A stretch of DNA of 63,928 bases, the filler included, from Octopus bimaculoides (lineage: Eukaryota): assembly GCF_001194135.2 (NCBI RefSeq). It is 7 parts of 6 records of this genome, joined end to end, with 100 filler letters (N's around TTAATTAATTAA, not from the genome) between each part and the next. Parts side by side here need not be neighbours in the genome. Positions count along the whole stretch, not along the records: positions 62,529 to 63,928 come from NC_069003.1; 6 more parts are not named here. One strand, given 5' to 3'. Made by a program: the position numbers and the translations under genes. Position 1 is the first letter of the stretch; each line of letters starts with the position of its first letter. The notes beneath the pieces are model-generated. The model was not told the origin of the DNA. It saw nothing but the letters and a program-made list of their open reading frames with translations, and did no database searches. Positions 63,340 to 63,928 of the stretch are shown here, one piece after another.

Positions 63340-63928
63340 TCTACCATCACTTTATCATCAACACACCATCATTCCAGCTTCACTCCATCTCCACTCCATC
63401 TCCACCTCCACTCCACTATCACTTCGTTATCATACCATTATCACTCCGACACCATTCCGCCCTCACTTCAGCATTCACTGTGCCATGAGTCCACAGTCAC
63501 TCATTTTACCATTACTAACGCTCAGCACTGCCCTACATTGTCACTCAACCAACACTCCGCCATCACTCCATCAGCACTCGCCCATTACTCATCTATCATT
63601 CCACTGTCACTCCTCTGTAGCTCCACCAACATTCCGCCATCACTCCTCTGTCACTCTTTCATTCTTTTGTTGTTCCATCATTCCGCCATCACTCCACCAT
63701 CACTCTACGGTCATTTCACCAACACTCCGCCATTCTGTCACTCCTCTATCACTCCACCAACGCTTCACCATCACTCAGCTATCATTCCATCATCATTCCA
63801 CTGCCACTCCTCTGTTGCTACACCATCACTCCACCATCACTCCTCTATCGTTCCGTCATAATTTTTCCACCAATCCACAAACACTATATCAACAACCGTT
63901 ACTTCATTACCACCACCACCACCACCAC
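63340..63928. repeat. Degenerate CCATCACT/CACTCC satellite-like tract
   Basis: Recurring CATCACTCC/CATTCC words. Confidence 0.75.

Noticed and set aside
63538-63861. 107-aa His/Ser/Pro-rich ORF
   Set aside because: Translation of the degenerate CCATCACT repeat tract

Overview
AT-rich, microsatellite- and gap-laden animal DNA, most likely octopus (coleoid cephalopod); this is inferred from recalled SINE families, not from a search. The window is not one locus. Six identical 100-bp spacers (44 N + TTAATTAATTAA + 44 N) split it into seven unrelated scaffold pieces: 1-22812, 22913-31920, 32021-40273, 40374-46123, 46224-51730, 51831-62428 and 62529-63928. No intact host gene can be supported, and nearly all ORF-track entries are simple-repeat or N-gap artefacts. 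What is recognisable is transposon-derived: three or more tRNA-headed SINE families; RTE, CR1-type and L1/Tx1 LINE remnants; a Penelope-like element; maT (DD37D) and mariner fragments; an 8-bp-TSD MITE with a telomeric-repeat core; and a solo LTR. There are also two candidate housekeeping promoters and a few weak exon candidates. Best leads: (1) a variant minimal hammerhead ribozyme next to an inverted Penelope GIY-YIG repeat; (2) two LINE/short-element partner pairs, one with a covarying 3' stem-loop; (3) a PHD-like finger inside an RTE reverse transcriptase; (4) the telomere-cored palindromic MITE. These look like new examples or variants of known classes. I cannot show a wholly new biological system.
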